Shown here: in pieces, positions 53,890-64,000 of the stretch
Layout of the letters: every line of letters begins with the position of its first letter
Position numbering within the stretch: the stretch's first letter is position 1
Assembly: GCA_047601445.1 (NCBI GenBank)
Contig: JASGJH010000001.1
Span: 928,001-992,000 of the forward strand
DNA from: Myxococcales bacterium
GTDB lineage: Bacteria; Myxococcota_A; Polyangia; Polyangiales; DASUME01
Direction of reading: 5' to 3'
DNA: 64,000 nucleotides
The notes under the pieces: generated by a model
What the model was told of the DNA's origin: nothing
The model's database searches: none
What the model saw: the letters and a program-made list of their open reading frames with translations, nothing else
Position numbers and translations under genes: made by a program

Positions 53890-54978
53890 ATGTCGAGGCG
53901 GAAGGCCCCACAGCGAACCGGGATCGTACGCAGACTGGGCTGCTCCGCCCTGGTCACGGGTGCGTGCATGATCTCCTACGCCTGCGGACCCTCGTTCCGT
54001 CCCGAGGCCCATTTGGCCAACGAACGCAGCTTTCTGCGCCTCGGCGTCGAGCTCGACAAGGAAGAGCAGGCGGTTCGCCACGTCCTGGCCCAGCGCAAGC
54101 TCTTGGTGGCCGCCGAGGTGCGAGGTCCTGCCTTCATTGCTCTGGGCGCGTCCACGCTCGACACTCGGCTGTCGGCCATTCGCGTGATTTCCCCGCGCGG
54201 CGTCATCGTGGCCGAGGACGCTGCGCACGACGATCTCTTCGCGCCTGCCGAGCTGCAGCTGTTCGATCGCTTCCCCACCATGGTAGACGATTATGCCTTC
54301 GTGGCCTGGACCCGGATTCCCTACGGGCGCGATCTGGGCTGCGCCTCGCTCTACCGGATTCTCCCGGACCTGAGCGCCGTGGCGGCCGTCCTCGACGTGA
54401 GCACCGTGGGCCCGCGCGCCTGCATCGCCGAGCTGACGCGTGCCGGGGACGGTCAGATGTCAGCACGCCTCGCCTTTCCTGGGCTCTACGCAGGGCAGAC
54501 GCCGAGCTTGATGGTGCAGATGAGCTTTCAAAAGGTGCCCCTGGGTCGCGAACCCCCGCTGGTCCCGGTCGCCAAAATCGCCTCCGGAGGCCCCTGGCTC
54601 GAGGCGGAGCGCACCCGTCTCGAGGCGCTGCTTCGTCCTTCCGCCAGCCTCGAGGAGCGCCATGCCCTAGGGGTCGCCCGCGCGGCCGTGGCCTTGTTGG
54701 CGGGGCTCGATACGGAGGCTCAGGTGGCCGCCTACCGCAGCAGCATTGGGCGCGTCATGCCGGGTAGCGCGGGTGCCATGCTGGTGGCCGAGACGCTCGA
54801 CTACCTCGAGGATGGCTGGTCCGAAGCCGAGCCTCCTCCGGCCGGCGAGGCCGCCCCCGACGCCCCCCGAAACGAAGACAGCCTGGTCATCGAGCCGGGG
54901 CAGGGGGCCGATGCGGGCGGGCCTGCGCAGGCGCCGGCGCACGAAGACGCCCTGATCATCGAGCCCCCGACACCGTGA
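53890..54978 (+). CDS. hypothetical lipoprotein
   Basis: Lipobox-like SYAC after a hydrophobic stretch; acidic Pro-rich tail with duplicated EDxLxIEP. Confidence 0.65.
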   Translation: MSRRKAPQRTGIVRRLGCSALVTGACMISYACGPSFRPEAHLANERSFLRLGVELDKEEQAVRHVLAQRKLLVAAEVRGPAFIALGASTLDTRLSAIRVISPRGVIVAEDAAHDDLFAPAELQLFDRFPTMVDDYAFVAWTRIPYGRDLGCASLYRILPDLSAVAAVLDVSTVGPRACIAELTRAGDGQMSARLAFPGLYAGQTPSLMVQMSFQKVPLGREPPLVPVAKIASGGPWLEAERTRLEALLRPSASLEERHALGVARAAVALLAGLDTEAQVAAYRSSIGRVMPGSAGAMLVAETLDYLEDGWSEAEPPPAGEAAPDAPRNEDSLVIEPGQGADAGGPAQAPAHEDALIIEPPTP

Positions 54979-55031
54979 CCGTGACCCCGCGAGCGTTGCA
55001 CGTGCAGCGCGTTTCACTACAACGCCACGCC

Positions 55032-55514
55032 ATGGCCAAGAGGCCCGCCAAGGATCCTGGAGAACTGATGGTTTGCCGCAACACCAAGGCGGCCGCGCGC
55101 TTCGTCATCGACGAGCGGCTCGAAGCCGGCATGGTGCTTCGCGGCAGCGAGGTGAAGAGCCTGCGCGACAAGAAGGCCGACCTCGACGGCGCCTATGCCC
55201 GCATCGATAACGGCGAGCTCTTCCTCTACAAGATGTACATAGGCCCCTACGCCCAGGCCACCGCGTTCGCCCACGAGCCGAAGCAGGCTCGCAAGCTGCT
55301 CGCGCACCGACACGAGATCGAGAAGCTCACCGGCAAGCTCGCCACCCGCGGCTACACGCTCATCCCGCTCGCGGTGTATTTCAAGGAAGGGCGCGCCAAG
55401 GTGGAGCTGGGCCTCGCCAAGTCCAAGGACATGGCCGACCGCCGCGAGGATCTCAAGCGCAAGGCCGACATGCGCGAGGCCAGGGCGGCGATGAGCCCGA
55501 GGAAGGCACGATGA
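55032..55514 (+). CDS. smpB: SsrA-binding protein
   Basis: EAGMVL.GSEVKSLR, RKLL.H..EI.KL, K..LGLAK.K...D.RE. Confidence 0.97.
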   Translation: MAKRPAKDPGELMVCRNTKAAARFVIDERLEAGMVLRGSEVKSLRDKKADLDGAYARIDNGELFLYKMYIGPYAQATAFAHEPKQARKLLAHRHEIEKLTGKLATRGYTLIPLAVYFKEGRAKVELGLAKSKDMADRREDLKRKADMREARAAMSPRKAR

Positions 55515-55783
55515 GCGTCCTCGTGAGAGACCGCCACGGCGATACGCTGGCGCTCGTAGGGTTCGACGGAAAGCAGTTCGACCTGATCGGCCCGCGCGCG
55601 TTCGCCCCTGGGCAGCCGCTGGTGCTCGAGATGCCGCTCGGCCCTGGCTACCGGCTCGAGCTCAAGAGCACCGGCTCCAGGAAGCGGTCCGACGGGCGCT
55701 TCGACATCCGCGCCCGCGCCACCACGCTCGCCAAGGGCGCGCGCGAGGCGCTGGACCAGGCCTTCGCTCAGGCCAAAGGCTAG
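55511..55783 (+). CDS. small hypothetical protein (possible degenerate PilZ-like barrel)
   Basis: ATGA-coupled to smpB; 90 aa, beta-rich with a C-terminal helix. Confidence 0.65.
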   Translation: MSVLVRDRHGDTLALVGFDGKQFDLIGPRAFAPGQPLVLEMPLGPGYRLELKSTGSRKRSDGRFDIRARATTLAKGAREALDQAFAQAKG

Positions 55784-55863
55784 GCACCCGACAGACTTGG
55801 TGGCTCGACGCGGTCGTCGAAGGCGCGGGTCACGCCTCCGCGTGTCGTCGAAGCTCGTTGCGC

Positions 55864-57198
55864 TCAGGCGCGGCCGTCGAGATCCCCGAGTACGACCTTC
55901 TTCACGGCCTCGAAGTCGTTCGGGAGCTCCACCGGCTGGTTGCGGTTCTTGGAGTCGGCGCCGGGCAAGCGTCCTTCGTGGTAGCGCACCTTGAAGTCGG
56001 TGAACTTGAGGCCGCTCGCCGTGGAGATGACCACCACGCGCTGGCCAGGCTTGATTTCCTTGCGCGCCACGAGCTTCTCCAGCGCCGCCAGCGCCACGCC
56101 GGTGTGCGGGCACGTATAGGCACCCGAGCGGTCTGCCGCCGCGGCCGCCTCCGCCAGCTCCTGCTCGCTCGCCTGCTCCACCACGCCGTCGTAGCTCTGC
56201 AGGATCTTGATGGCGCGGTGCACGCTCACGGGATTTCCGATCCGGATGGCCGAAGCTTCGGTCTCCACCGCCGTGATCGGCTTGAAGGTCTCCCAGCCGT
56301 TCTTGTAGGCGAGATAGAGCGGGTTGGCCGCTTGCGCCTGAGCCACCACGATGCGCGGCTTCTTGGTGACGAGCCCGAGCGAAAGCATCAGGTCGAAGCC
56401 CGCTCCGAGCGCGCTCACGTTGCCCAGATTGCCGCCGGGAATGACGATCCAGTCCGGCACTTGCCAGTCGAACTGCTGCGCGATCTCGATACCAACCGTC
56501 TTCTGGCCCTCGAGGCGCAGCGAGTTGAGCGAGTTCGCGAGGTAGATGCCGGGCTCCATGGCCAGCTTCTGGACGATCGCCATGCAGCCGTCGAAATCCG
56601 TATCGAGCGCGCACACGAGGGAGCCGTTGGCGAGTGGCTGGACCAGCTGGGCCGTGGAGATCTTGCCCTTGGGAAGCAACACCACCGAGCGGATGCCCGC
56701 GGCGGCGCAGTAGGCCGCCAGGGCGGCCGAGGTATCGCCGGTCGAGGCGCAGGCGATGGCCCGGATGGGCTGGCCGTCACGGATCATCTGACGCACCACA
56801 CTGACCAGGACGGTCATCCCGAGATCCTTGAAGGATCCCGTGTGGCTATTGCCGCAGAGCTTGATCCAGAGCTCCTCCAGGCCGAGGCTCTTGCCGTAGC
56901 GCTCCGCCCAGAAGAGGTTGGATCCACCCTCGTCCATGGAGACGATGTTCTCGTCCCGCAGCTCGGGCATGACCCATTCTTTCTTTCCCCAGACGCCGCT
57001 CCCGTAGGGCCACTGCGTGGTCTTGTAGCGCTGCTCGAAGAGCTTCATCCACGCGGCCGCGCTGCGGTCGCGCAGCGCTTCCACGTCGTGGCTCACCTCG
57101 AGTAAGCCCCCACATTGGGGACAATGGTAAATCACCTGGGTAACCGGCCAGCGCCCTGGGCAGCCAGCAACACAACGAAACGCAGCGGAATAGGCCAT
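55864..57198 (-). CDS. thrC: threonine synthase
   Basis: [10 protein letters not shown] (PLP Lys), [33 protein letters not shown]. Confidence 0.96.
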   Translation of the reverse strand: MAYSAAFRCVAGCPGRWPVTQVIYHCPQCGGLLEVSHDVEALRDRSAAAWMKLFEQRYKTTQWPYGSGVWGKKEWVMPELRDENIVSMDEGGSNLFWAERYGKSLGLEELWIKLCGNSHTGSFKDLGMTVLVSVVRQMIRDGQPIRAIACASTGDTSAALAAYCAAAGIRSVVLLPKGKISTAQLVQPLANGSLVCALDTDFDGCMAIVQKLAMEPGIYLANSLNSLRLEGQKTVGIEIAQQFDWQVPDWIVIPGGNLGNVSALGAGFDLMLSLGLVTKKPRIVVAQAQAANPLYLAYKNGWETFKPITAVETEASAIRIGNPVSVHRAIKILQSYDGVVEQASEQELAEAAAAADRSGAYTCPHTGVALAALEKLVARKEIKPGQRVVVISTASGLKFTDFKVRYHEGRLPGADSKNRNQPVELPNDFEAVKKVVLGDLDGRA

Positions 57199-57324
57199 GG
57201 CGGGCGCAAGTATAGGGGCGGGCCCCCCAGTGCGCTCGCAGCTGTCCCGATTTCCGAAATCGAACCCGTGCGAAGCCTCCATGCCCGCGTTGACCGGGCA
57301 GAGCTTCCGTGGTGACCTGCCGCT

Positions 57325-58239
57325 ATGGAGTTGGAATCCAGTGCTCACTCCGCCTCCCGTTACGGCGGCCTGCCGCGGCGGGGGAGCCGCGAGCGAACGG
57401 TCATCGACGGGGTGGTGAAGCTGGTCGAGCGGACCTACGGGGACGAAATCGACACGCGCATCCGGGCCATCAGCACCCGCAAGAACGACGCTGGGTTCGA
57501 TCCCTTCGGCTTCGACCCCGAGACCGCGCGCACCGTCCTCGCGCTGATCACCTTCCTGCACCGCACGTACTTCCGCACCCAGTGCTTCGGGCTCGAGAAC
57601 ATTCCCCGCGGCCGGGCCTTGTTCGTCGCGAACCACTCGGGCCAGGTGCCGCTCGACGGCGTGTTGATCGCCGCTGCGCTGCTGCTCGACATCGACCCCC
57701 CGGTCTTCCCGCGCAGCATGGTGGAGAAGTGGGCTCAGAAGCTGCCCTTCTTCTCGGTGCTCTTCCCACGGCTCGGTCAGGTGCTCGGCGCGCCCGAGAA
57801 CGCACGGCGACTACTCGCATCCGAACATCCTCTGCTCGTCTTCCCCGAAGGTGCGCGCGGTATCTCCAAGCCCTTCCAGCGCCGCTATCAGCTGGAGGAG
57901 TTCGGGCTCGGCTTCATGCGCTTGGCGCTCGAGGCGCGTGCGCCCATCGTGCCCGTCGCAGTGATCGGTGGCGAAGAGCAGTATCCGGCCATCGGCAATC
58001 TCAAGGGACTGGCGCGTCTGCTGGGCATGCCGGCATTCCCCGTGCTTCCCCAATTGTTGCTTGGCGTTCCATTGCCGTTGCCCACGCGCTATCGCCTGCA
58101 TTTTGGGGAACCGCTCCACTTCGAGGGCGATCCCGATGAAGACGATTCCGAGATTCAGAACCGCGTGAGTCAAGTTCGTGGCGCCGTGGATCAGTTGCTT
58201 CGCAAGGGGTTGGCGGCGCGGCAGCACGTGTTTTGGTAG
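57325..58239 (+). CDS. lysophospholipid (PlsC-family) acyltransferase
   Basis: ANHSG..P.D, VFPEG, GF.RLAL....PIVPV. Confidence 0.92.
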   Translation: MELESSAHSASRYGGLPRRGSRERTVIDGVVKLVERTYGDEIDTRIRAISTRKNDAGFDPFGFDPETARTVLALITFLHRTYFRTQCFGLENIPRGRALFVANHSGQVPLDGVLIAAALLLDIDPPVFPRSMVEKWAQKLPFFSVLFPRLGQVLGAPENARRLLASEHPLLVFPEGARGISKPFQRRYQLEEFGLGFMRLALEARAPIVPVAVIGGEEQYPAIGNLKGLARLLGMPAFPVLPQLLLGVPLPLPTRYRLHFGEPLHFEGDPDEDDSEIQNRVSQVRGAVDQLLRKGLAARQHVFW

Positions 58240-58404
58240 GTGTCTGTTAGCTCGCTGTCCCTAGCTCTGGGGCATTGCAAGAATCAGTGTTGCGACGCTC
58301 GTGGTCGAGGCAGATTGCCACAGCGAGGCCCTATGCCTCGGGCTCGAGCAAAAACATGGTTCCCCGGACCCCTGCAATTCGTGTCAATTTGCAGCAGTGT
58401 GACG

Positions 58405-58420
58405 CGGCATGATGGTTGCA
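58405..58420 (+). promoter_or_regulatory. sigma-54 promoter
   Basis: CGGCATGATGGTTGCA (GG-N10-GC), 38 nt upstream of ATG 58459. Confidence 0.7.
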
Positions 58421-58458
58421 GTCCGCACATCCAACTGTCTCGCAAACGGGTGGTTTAA

Positions 58459-59900
<1,442 letters not shown>

Positions 59901-59904
<4 letters not shown>

Positions 59905-60617
59905 GCGCTCCGTCCAAGCCGGAGGCCGACGGCGGCGCCGACTTGTACTTGAGGACGGAGCTCCTGGAACGGATTGCGCACGAGCTGCGCGGCCCGGCTG
60001 GCGTCACCCTGGGGGCGCTCGACGAAATCGAGCGCCTGCTGGCGCGCACCGAGGGTGAGGAGGACGCCCGCGCTCTCCTCTCGATGGCCCGCCGCGGTGC
60101 GCGGCGCGTGCTTCGGACCGCCGAACGCCTCACGCGGACGGCGCAGCTCGAGGCCGGGCTCCCGCACATGGCTTCCATCCTGCTCGATGTGCGAGAAATT
60201 GTTGCGCGGGTGGCCCGGGACACCGAGCAGCTCGAGGGGCGAAGTGCCGTGCGTGTAGAGCTGGTTACGGCGGCACAGCCCTGTGTCGCACATGTGGACT
60301 CGAACTGGCTCGGCGCCGCGCTGGGAGAGCTCTTCTCGCAGTCCATCCGTTGCGCGCGCTCCCATGTCCAAATTCAGGTGCAGAACGACGCGGGCTTCGT
60401 TCGCATCAGCGCACGTGACGATCGCGCGAACAATGTTGAGCTTCCTGATGCTCGCTTCATCCCGCTTAGGGATAGGCGAGATTGCGGACTCGGTTGGCCG
60501 CTCGCTCTCGACGTCGCGCGCGCGCACGGTGGCGAACTCGCCATTTCGGCACAGAGCAGCGGTGCTGGCGGCGCCAGCACGGGTGCCCTCGCTGTCTTGA
60601 GTTTAAAAGCCGCCTGA
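59901..60617 (+). CDS. degenerate histidine kinase-like protein (DHp plus eroded ATPase domain)
   Basis: H-box IAHELRGP retained; N-box reads ELFSQS, G1 reads DDRAN, G2 reads CGLG; no sensor domain; ATGA coupling. Confidence 0.8.
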
Positions 60618-60739
60618 ACCGCAGTATGGTAGTGCCGTAGAGCCGCGCTGCGTGCCGGGGGTTACGCTGACGCGACGTGTTCGAGAGACCACTGTCGCTA
60701 CGCGGCGTGCCTCCCTCGCGGAGGCCAAGGAGGCACCGA

Positions 60740-62353
60740 GTGTCGTTGCCTGTTCAGACGGCTACAGCGCTGAGACTCTTGTTGATCGACGACGACGAGA
60801 TCGATCGCGCACAGGTACGACGCAGCCTGCGTAAGGCCGCTCCGCAGATCGAGTTCGTGGTCGAGGAGGCCGAGAACCCGCAGCAGGCGGGCATCGCAGC
60901 GCGCGCGGGCGTGTTCGACTGCATCTTGCTCGACTATCTACTGCCGGGGGCGCGCGCCACGGATATCCTGCCGGCGCTGATCGGGTTGCAGCCTTCGGCG
61001 GCCATCGTGGTGCTGACCGGGCAGGGTGACGAGACCATCGCCGTGGAGCTCATGAAGGCGGGCGTCTCGGACTATTTGCCGAAAGACGGTCTGGATCCCG
61101 AACGGCTGTGGACCGCCGTCAAGTACGCGGTCGCGCTGGCCAAGGTTCGCCGCGACACCGCGCATTTCGAGAACGCGCGTCGCCGGCAGGCGGCGCAGCA
61201 GCGGGCGCTGGTGGAGGCGGCTCCTTCCATTTCGGGCGTGCTCTCGCTCGAGGAGCTGGCGCGGGTCTCGGCCGAGAAGGCGCGCGATGTGCTCGGCGTG
61301 GCCGACTGCTTCGTCATGCTGAGGGAGCGCGAAGCGGAGGCCATGAGCTTGTCCACCTCCGGGCGACGCATCCCGCTCCAGGAAGCGCCCGCGTGGGCCA
61401 AGCTCTGTCGCGCCGAGGGGTTCGACCGCGAGCCACGCCTGGTGACCGTGGCGGGCGGCCCCATGAACGTCATCGGCATCGGACTGATCACCCGGGACGG
61501 CACGTCGGTGGGGGCCATCGTGGCGCTGGCACCCCACGAGGAGACCGAGATCGAGGCCTGCGAGCAGGTCCTGGCCCAGCTCGCGCAAATCGTCCTGGTG
61601 GCGCTCGAGAATGCGCGCCTCTTGCGCGAGACACAGGCTGCCGTGAGAGCGCGCGACGAGGTGCTCGCCGTGGTGAGCCACGACCTGCGCACTCCCTTGA
61701 GCAACGTGAAGCTCGGCGTCGCCCTACTGCGCCAACACATGGTCGAGCGTGACGCCACGTTGTTCGAGCGAATCGAGCGCAACGTGCATCACATGACGCA
61801 TCTGGTGGACGACTTGGTGGACCTGGCGCGCATCGAGGGCAGCAAGCTCGACGTGAACGCGCACGGCGAGTCCGTCCAGGACATCCTGCAGGCGGCCTGC
61901 GCGTTGGCCCACCCAGCGGCCGACGTGGGGCAGGTCGAGCTGGTGAGCGAAGGCTCGCCGCTCGGGCTGCGCGTGCGGGCCGATCGCCATCGGACGCTGC
62001 AGGTGCTGAGCAACCTGTTGGGTAATGCCATCAAGTTCACGCCGCGCGGCGGGCGGGTGCGTCTGTTCGTGGAGGAGCGCCCCGGGGAGGTCTGCTTCCA
62101 CGTGGAGGACTCCGGACGCGGCATTTCGGAGGCCGAGGCGCCCCACGTATTCGCGCGTTTCTTTCGGGCGCCCAGTGCGCGCAAGGGAGGCCTGGGCCTG
62201 GGCCTCTACATCGCGAAGGCCGTCGTGGACGCCCATGGCGGCTCCATCTGGTTCTGCAGTGAGCCCGGCAAGGGCACGACGTTTTCGTTCACACTGCCGG
62301 CGGATTTCAACGCTCTCGATGCAGGCACGGTTCTTGAGTCAGCAGGGCCTTAA
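60740..62353 (+). CDS. hybrid sensor kinase (REC-GAF-like-HisKA-HATPase)
   Basis: SD AAGGAGG; LLIDDD..LLDY..K; VSHDLRTP, NLLGNAIKFT, DSGRG, GLGLGL. Confidence 0.95.
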   Translation: MSLPVQTATALRLLLIDDDEIDRAQVRRSLRKAAPQIEFVVEEAENPQQAGIAARAGVFDCILLDYLLPGARATDILPALIGLQPSAAIVVLTGQGDETIAVELMKAGVSDYLPKDGLDPERLWTAVKYAVALAKVRRDTAHFENARRRQAAQQRALVEAAPSISGVLSLEELARVSAEKARDVLGVADCFVMLREREAEAMSLSTSGRRIPLQEAPAWAKLCRAEGFDREPRLVTVAGGPMNVIGIGLITRDGTSVGAIVALAPHEETEIEACEQVLAQLAQIVLVALENARLLRETQAAVRARDEVLAVVSHDLRTPLSNVKLGVALLRQHMVERDATLFERIERNVHHMTHLVDDLVDLARIEGSKLDVNAHGESVQDILQAACALAHPAADVGQVELVSEGSPLGLRVRADRHRTLQVLSNLLGNAIKFTPRGGRVRLFVEERPGEVCFHVEDSGRGISEAEAPHVFARFFRAPSARKGGLGLGLYIAKAVVDAHGGSIWFCSEPGKGTTFSFTLPADFNALDAGTVLESAGP

Positions 62354-62358
62354 CCGCC

Positions 62359-62793
62359 ATGATCAAGACCCGCGACCGAGCGCCGAACCCCCTGGGTGGA
62401 TCATCGTCAGCAACCAATGTCACCAGCGCCCTGCTGGCGGACGACGACGAGGACTCGCGCAGATTGATTGCAGGAATCCTCCGACGGGCGGGCTTCGAAG
62501 TCATCGAAGCGAGCGATGGACAGGAGCTGATCGACCGCTACTCGGCGCTTCGGGCGGAGCGAGCCGAGGAGCCGGCGGTGGTGGTCTCCGACATCGGCAT
62601 GCCTGGATGTGACGGCATTTCCGCCACGCAGGTGCTGCGAAGCAACTCCTTGGTGCCAATTGTGTTGATCACGGCGTTCGAGGACGCAGAAACTTTGCAG
62701 TCGGCACGCTCGGCCGGAGCCGACTTGGTTCTGTTCAAGCCTGTCGACGGCGCTTCGCTGGTGAATGCCGTGCGAAGCGTGGCGAGACAGTAA
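62359..62793 (+). CDS. single-domain response regulator
   Basis: LLADDD, VSDIGMPG.DG, LITA, KP. Confidence 0.92.
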   Translation: MIKTRDRAPNPLGGSSSATNVTSALLADDDEDSRRLIAGILRRAGFEVIEASDGQELIDRYSALRAERAEEPAVVVSDIGMPGCDGISATQVLRSNSLVPIVLITAFEDAETLQSARSAGADLVLFKPVDGASLVNAVRSVARQ

Positions 62794-62811
62794 GCGTCCC
62801 ATACTTGGGGG

Positions 62812-62828
62812 TTGGCACGCGCACTGCA
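62812..62828 (+). promoter_or_regulatory. sigma-54 promoter
   Basis: TTGGCACGCGCACTGCA: near-consensus -24 element (TGGCACG) with correct GG-N10-GC spacing. Confidence 0.75.
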
Positions 62829-62920
62829 GTTCATCGAGGTTCCATGGCGCAGCCGGTTGACCTGGTCTGCGCTGCCGCGAAGCGCGTCACACGCGCGCGA
62901 GCCTAAAAAGGAGTCTCAGG

Positions 62921-63538
62921 ATGACGACCAAGATCACGCGCCCCCTTCTGATCGTCGGCGCTCTCTGCGCGGGGCTACTCGGCTGCAAGGACCGCAAAGA
63001 CGAGCCGAGCATCTACGAATCCACCAAAGACTCCATGAAGTCGGCCGCCGAGACCCTGGAGAACAAGGCCGATAGCCTCAGCAAGGAAGCCGAGGAGCAG
63101 GCGGCCCGCGCCCGCGAAGAGGCCGACAAGGCCGCGCACAAGGCGGGGCAGGTGGTGGACGAGGCCAAGGGCGACATCAAGGAAGCCGCCAAGTCCGCCG
63201 AAAATAAGGCGGACGATGCCGTGGAGGGCGCCGAGGACAAGCTCGACAAAACCGGCCAGAAGATGGAACAGGGTGCCGAAAGCGCCAAGGCCAAGCTAGA
63301 CCAGGCCGGTGAAGACGCCGAGCGGGCCGCGGCCGACACCAAGGCGCGCGCCGAGGCGGCCAAGAAGAAGATCGAAGAGAGTGCCGCCGAAGGCGAGAAG
63401 AAAATCGAAGAGTCCGCCGAGCGCGCAGAGAAACAACTCGACGATGTGGAGAAGCAAGCGGATGACGCCATCAATGAGGCCGAGCGCGAGCGCCAAGAGC
63501 GCGCCGCCGAACGAGCCAAGAAGAGCGCCGGTAAATAA
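62921..63538 (+). CDS. LEA-like helical lipoprotein
   Basis: SD AAGGAG, lipobox LLGC, Ala/Glu/Lys/Asp-rich 11-mer-like repeats. Confidence 0.8.
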   Translation: MTTKITRPLLIVGALCAGLLGCKDRKDEPSIYESTKDSMKSAAETLENKADSLSKEAEEQAARAREEADKAAHKAGQVVDEAKGDIKEAAKSAENKADDAVEGAEDKLDKTGQKMEQGAESAKAKLDQAGEDAERAAADTKARAEAAKKKIEESAAEGEKKIEESAERAEKQLDDVEKQADDAINEAERERQERAAERAKKSAGK

Positions 63539-63595
63539 GCCGCTGCCTCGCTTCGGTTTTGCAGTGCACCCGCGGTACCCCGTGGGTGCATTGCC

Positions 63596-64000
63596 ATGTC
63601 GGTGAGGGCCCGTCAGTCGCTGCGCGTTCGCAGAGTCGTCCCGTGGGCCGTGCTCGGCTTGGCGCTGGTCGTGTCCCTGGCCACCGCGAGCTTGCTCTTG
63701 ATCCGCTTCGGCGAGACGGCCAGCGCCACCGGCATGTCCGTGCTGGCGCCCCTGATCGCCGCGCTCGGATTGGTGACGGGCGGCCTGGTCGTGGCCCTGA
63801 CGCGGACCCAAATCAACGTGCGCAAGGAGCGGCGCGATGGCGTCCTGGCGCTGCAGCGTGGGGAGGCCCTGCGGGCGCAGCTCGAACAGCAGGGCAGGAC
63901 GGCCCGCAAGGAAGCGCAGGAGCGCCTGGCGCTGATCGACGCACTCTTCCGGGCTACCCCCGCCGGGCTTGCGCTGTTCGATCGCGAGCTGAACTACGTG
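63596..64000 (+). CDS. membrane PAS-domain sensor protein (runs off the right window edge)
   Basis: Two TM helices, coiled coil, then LIDALFRATPAGLALFDRELNYV, a PAS N-terminus. Confidence 0.8.
   Translation, partial: MSVRARQSLRVRRVVPWAVLGLALVVSLATASLLLIRFGETASATGMSVLAPLIAALGLVTGGLVVALTRTQINVRKERRDGVLALQRGEALRAQLEQQGRTARKEAQERLALIDALFRATPAGLALFDRELNYV

Noticed and set aside
54979..55863. tmRNA near smpB
   Set aside because: No GGGG..TTCGA 5' end or tRNA-like 3' end, and no intergenic space for it.

Overview
This is a GC-rich bacterial chromosomal segment, most likely from Myxococcota (Polyangiales/Sandaracinus-like). That assignment is inferred from the Hanks-type kinase, PilZ protein, sigma-54 signalling cluster, Cys-rich lipoproteins and the plug motif of the TonB receptor. 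Most of the window is housekeeping: uvrA, mscL, pepN, rsmG, dgt, aspC, rpmG, alkB, tRNA-Lys/tRNA-Glu, prfC (one-base frameshift), dnaE, pilD, proBA, rsfS, rlmH, comF, smpB and thrC. The standout is a tightly coupled four-gene operon at 14014-18701 (-): DUF3348-like, MotA-like with a long repeat-containing helical tail, MotB/OmpA-like, and DUF2894-like. This matches the Zorya type III anti-phage architecture. It sits outside any visible defence island, between a Ser/Thr kinase and a TetR regulator, and its last gene appears to start at a CTG codon. Other notable items are an RlmC/D-type methyltransferase fused to a degenerate RluA pseudouridine synthase domain and a ChpT-like pseudo-histidine kinase in a sigma-54 phosphorelay cluster. 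There are also two modular Cys-rich lipoproteins, beta-propeller lipoprotein/outer-membrane modules, a 41-aa membrane protein missed by the ORF track, tandem palindromic repeats, and many apparently leaderless genes. No CRISPR array, rRNA, integrase or transposase was seen. All family calls are by-eye motif recognition, not database searches.
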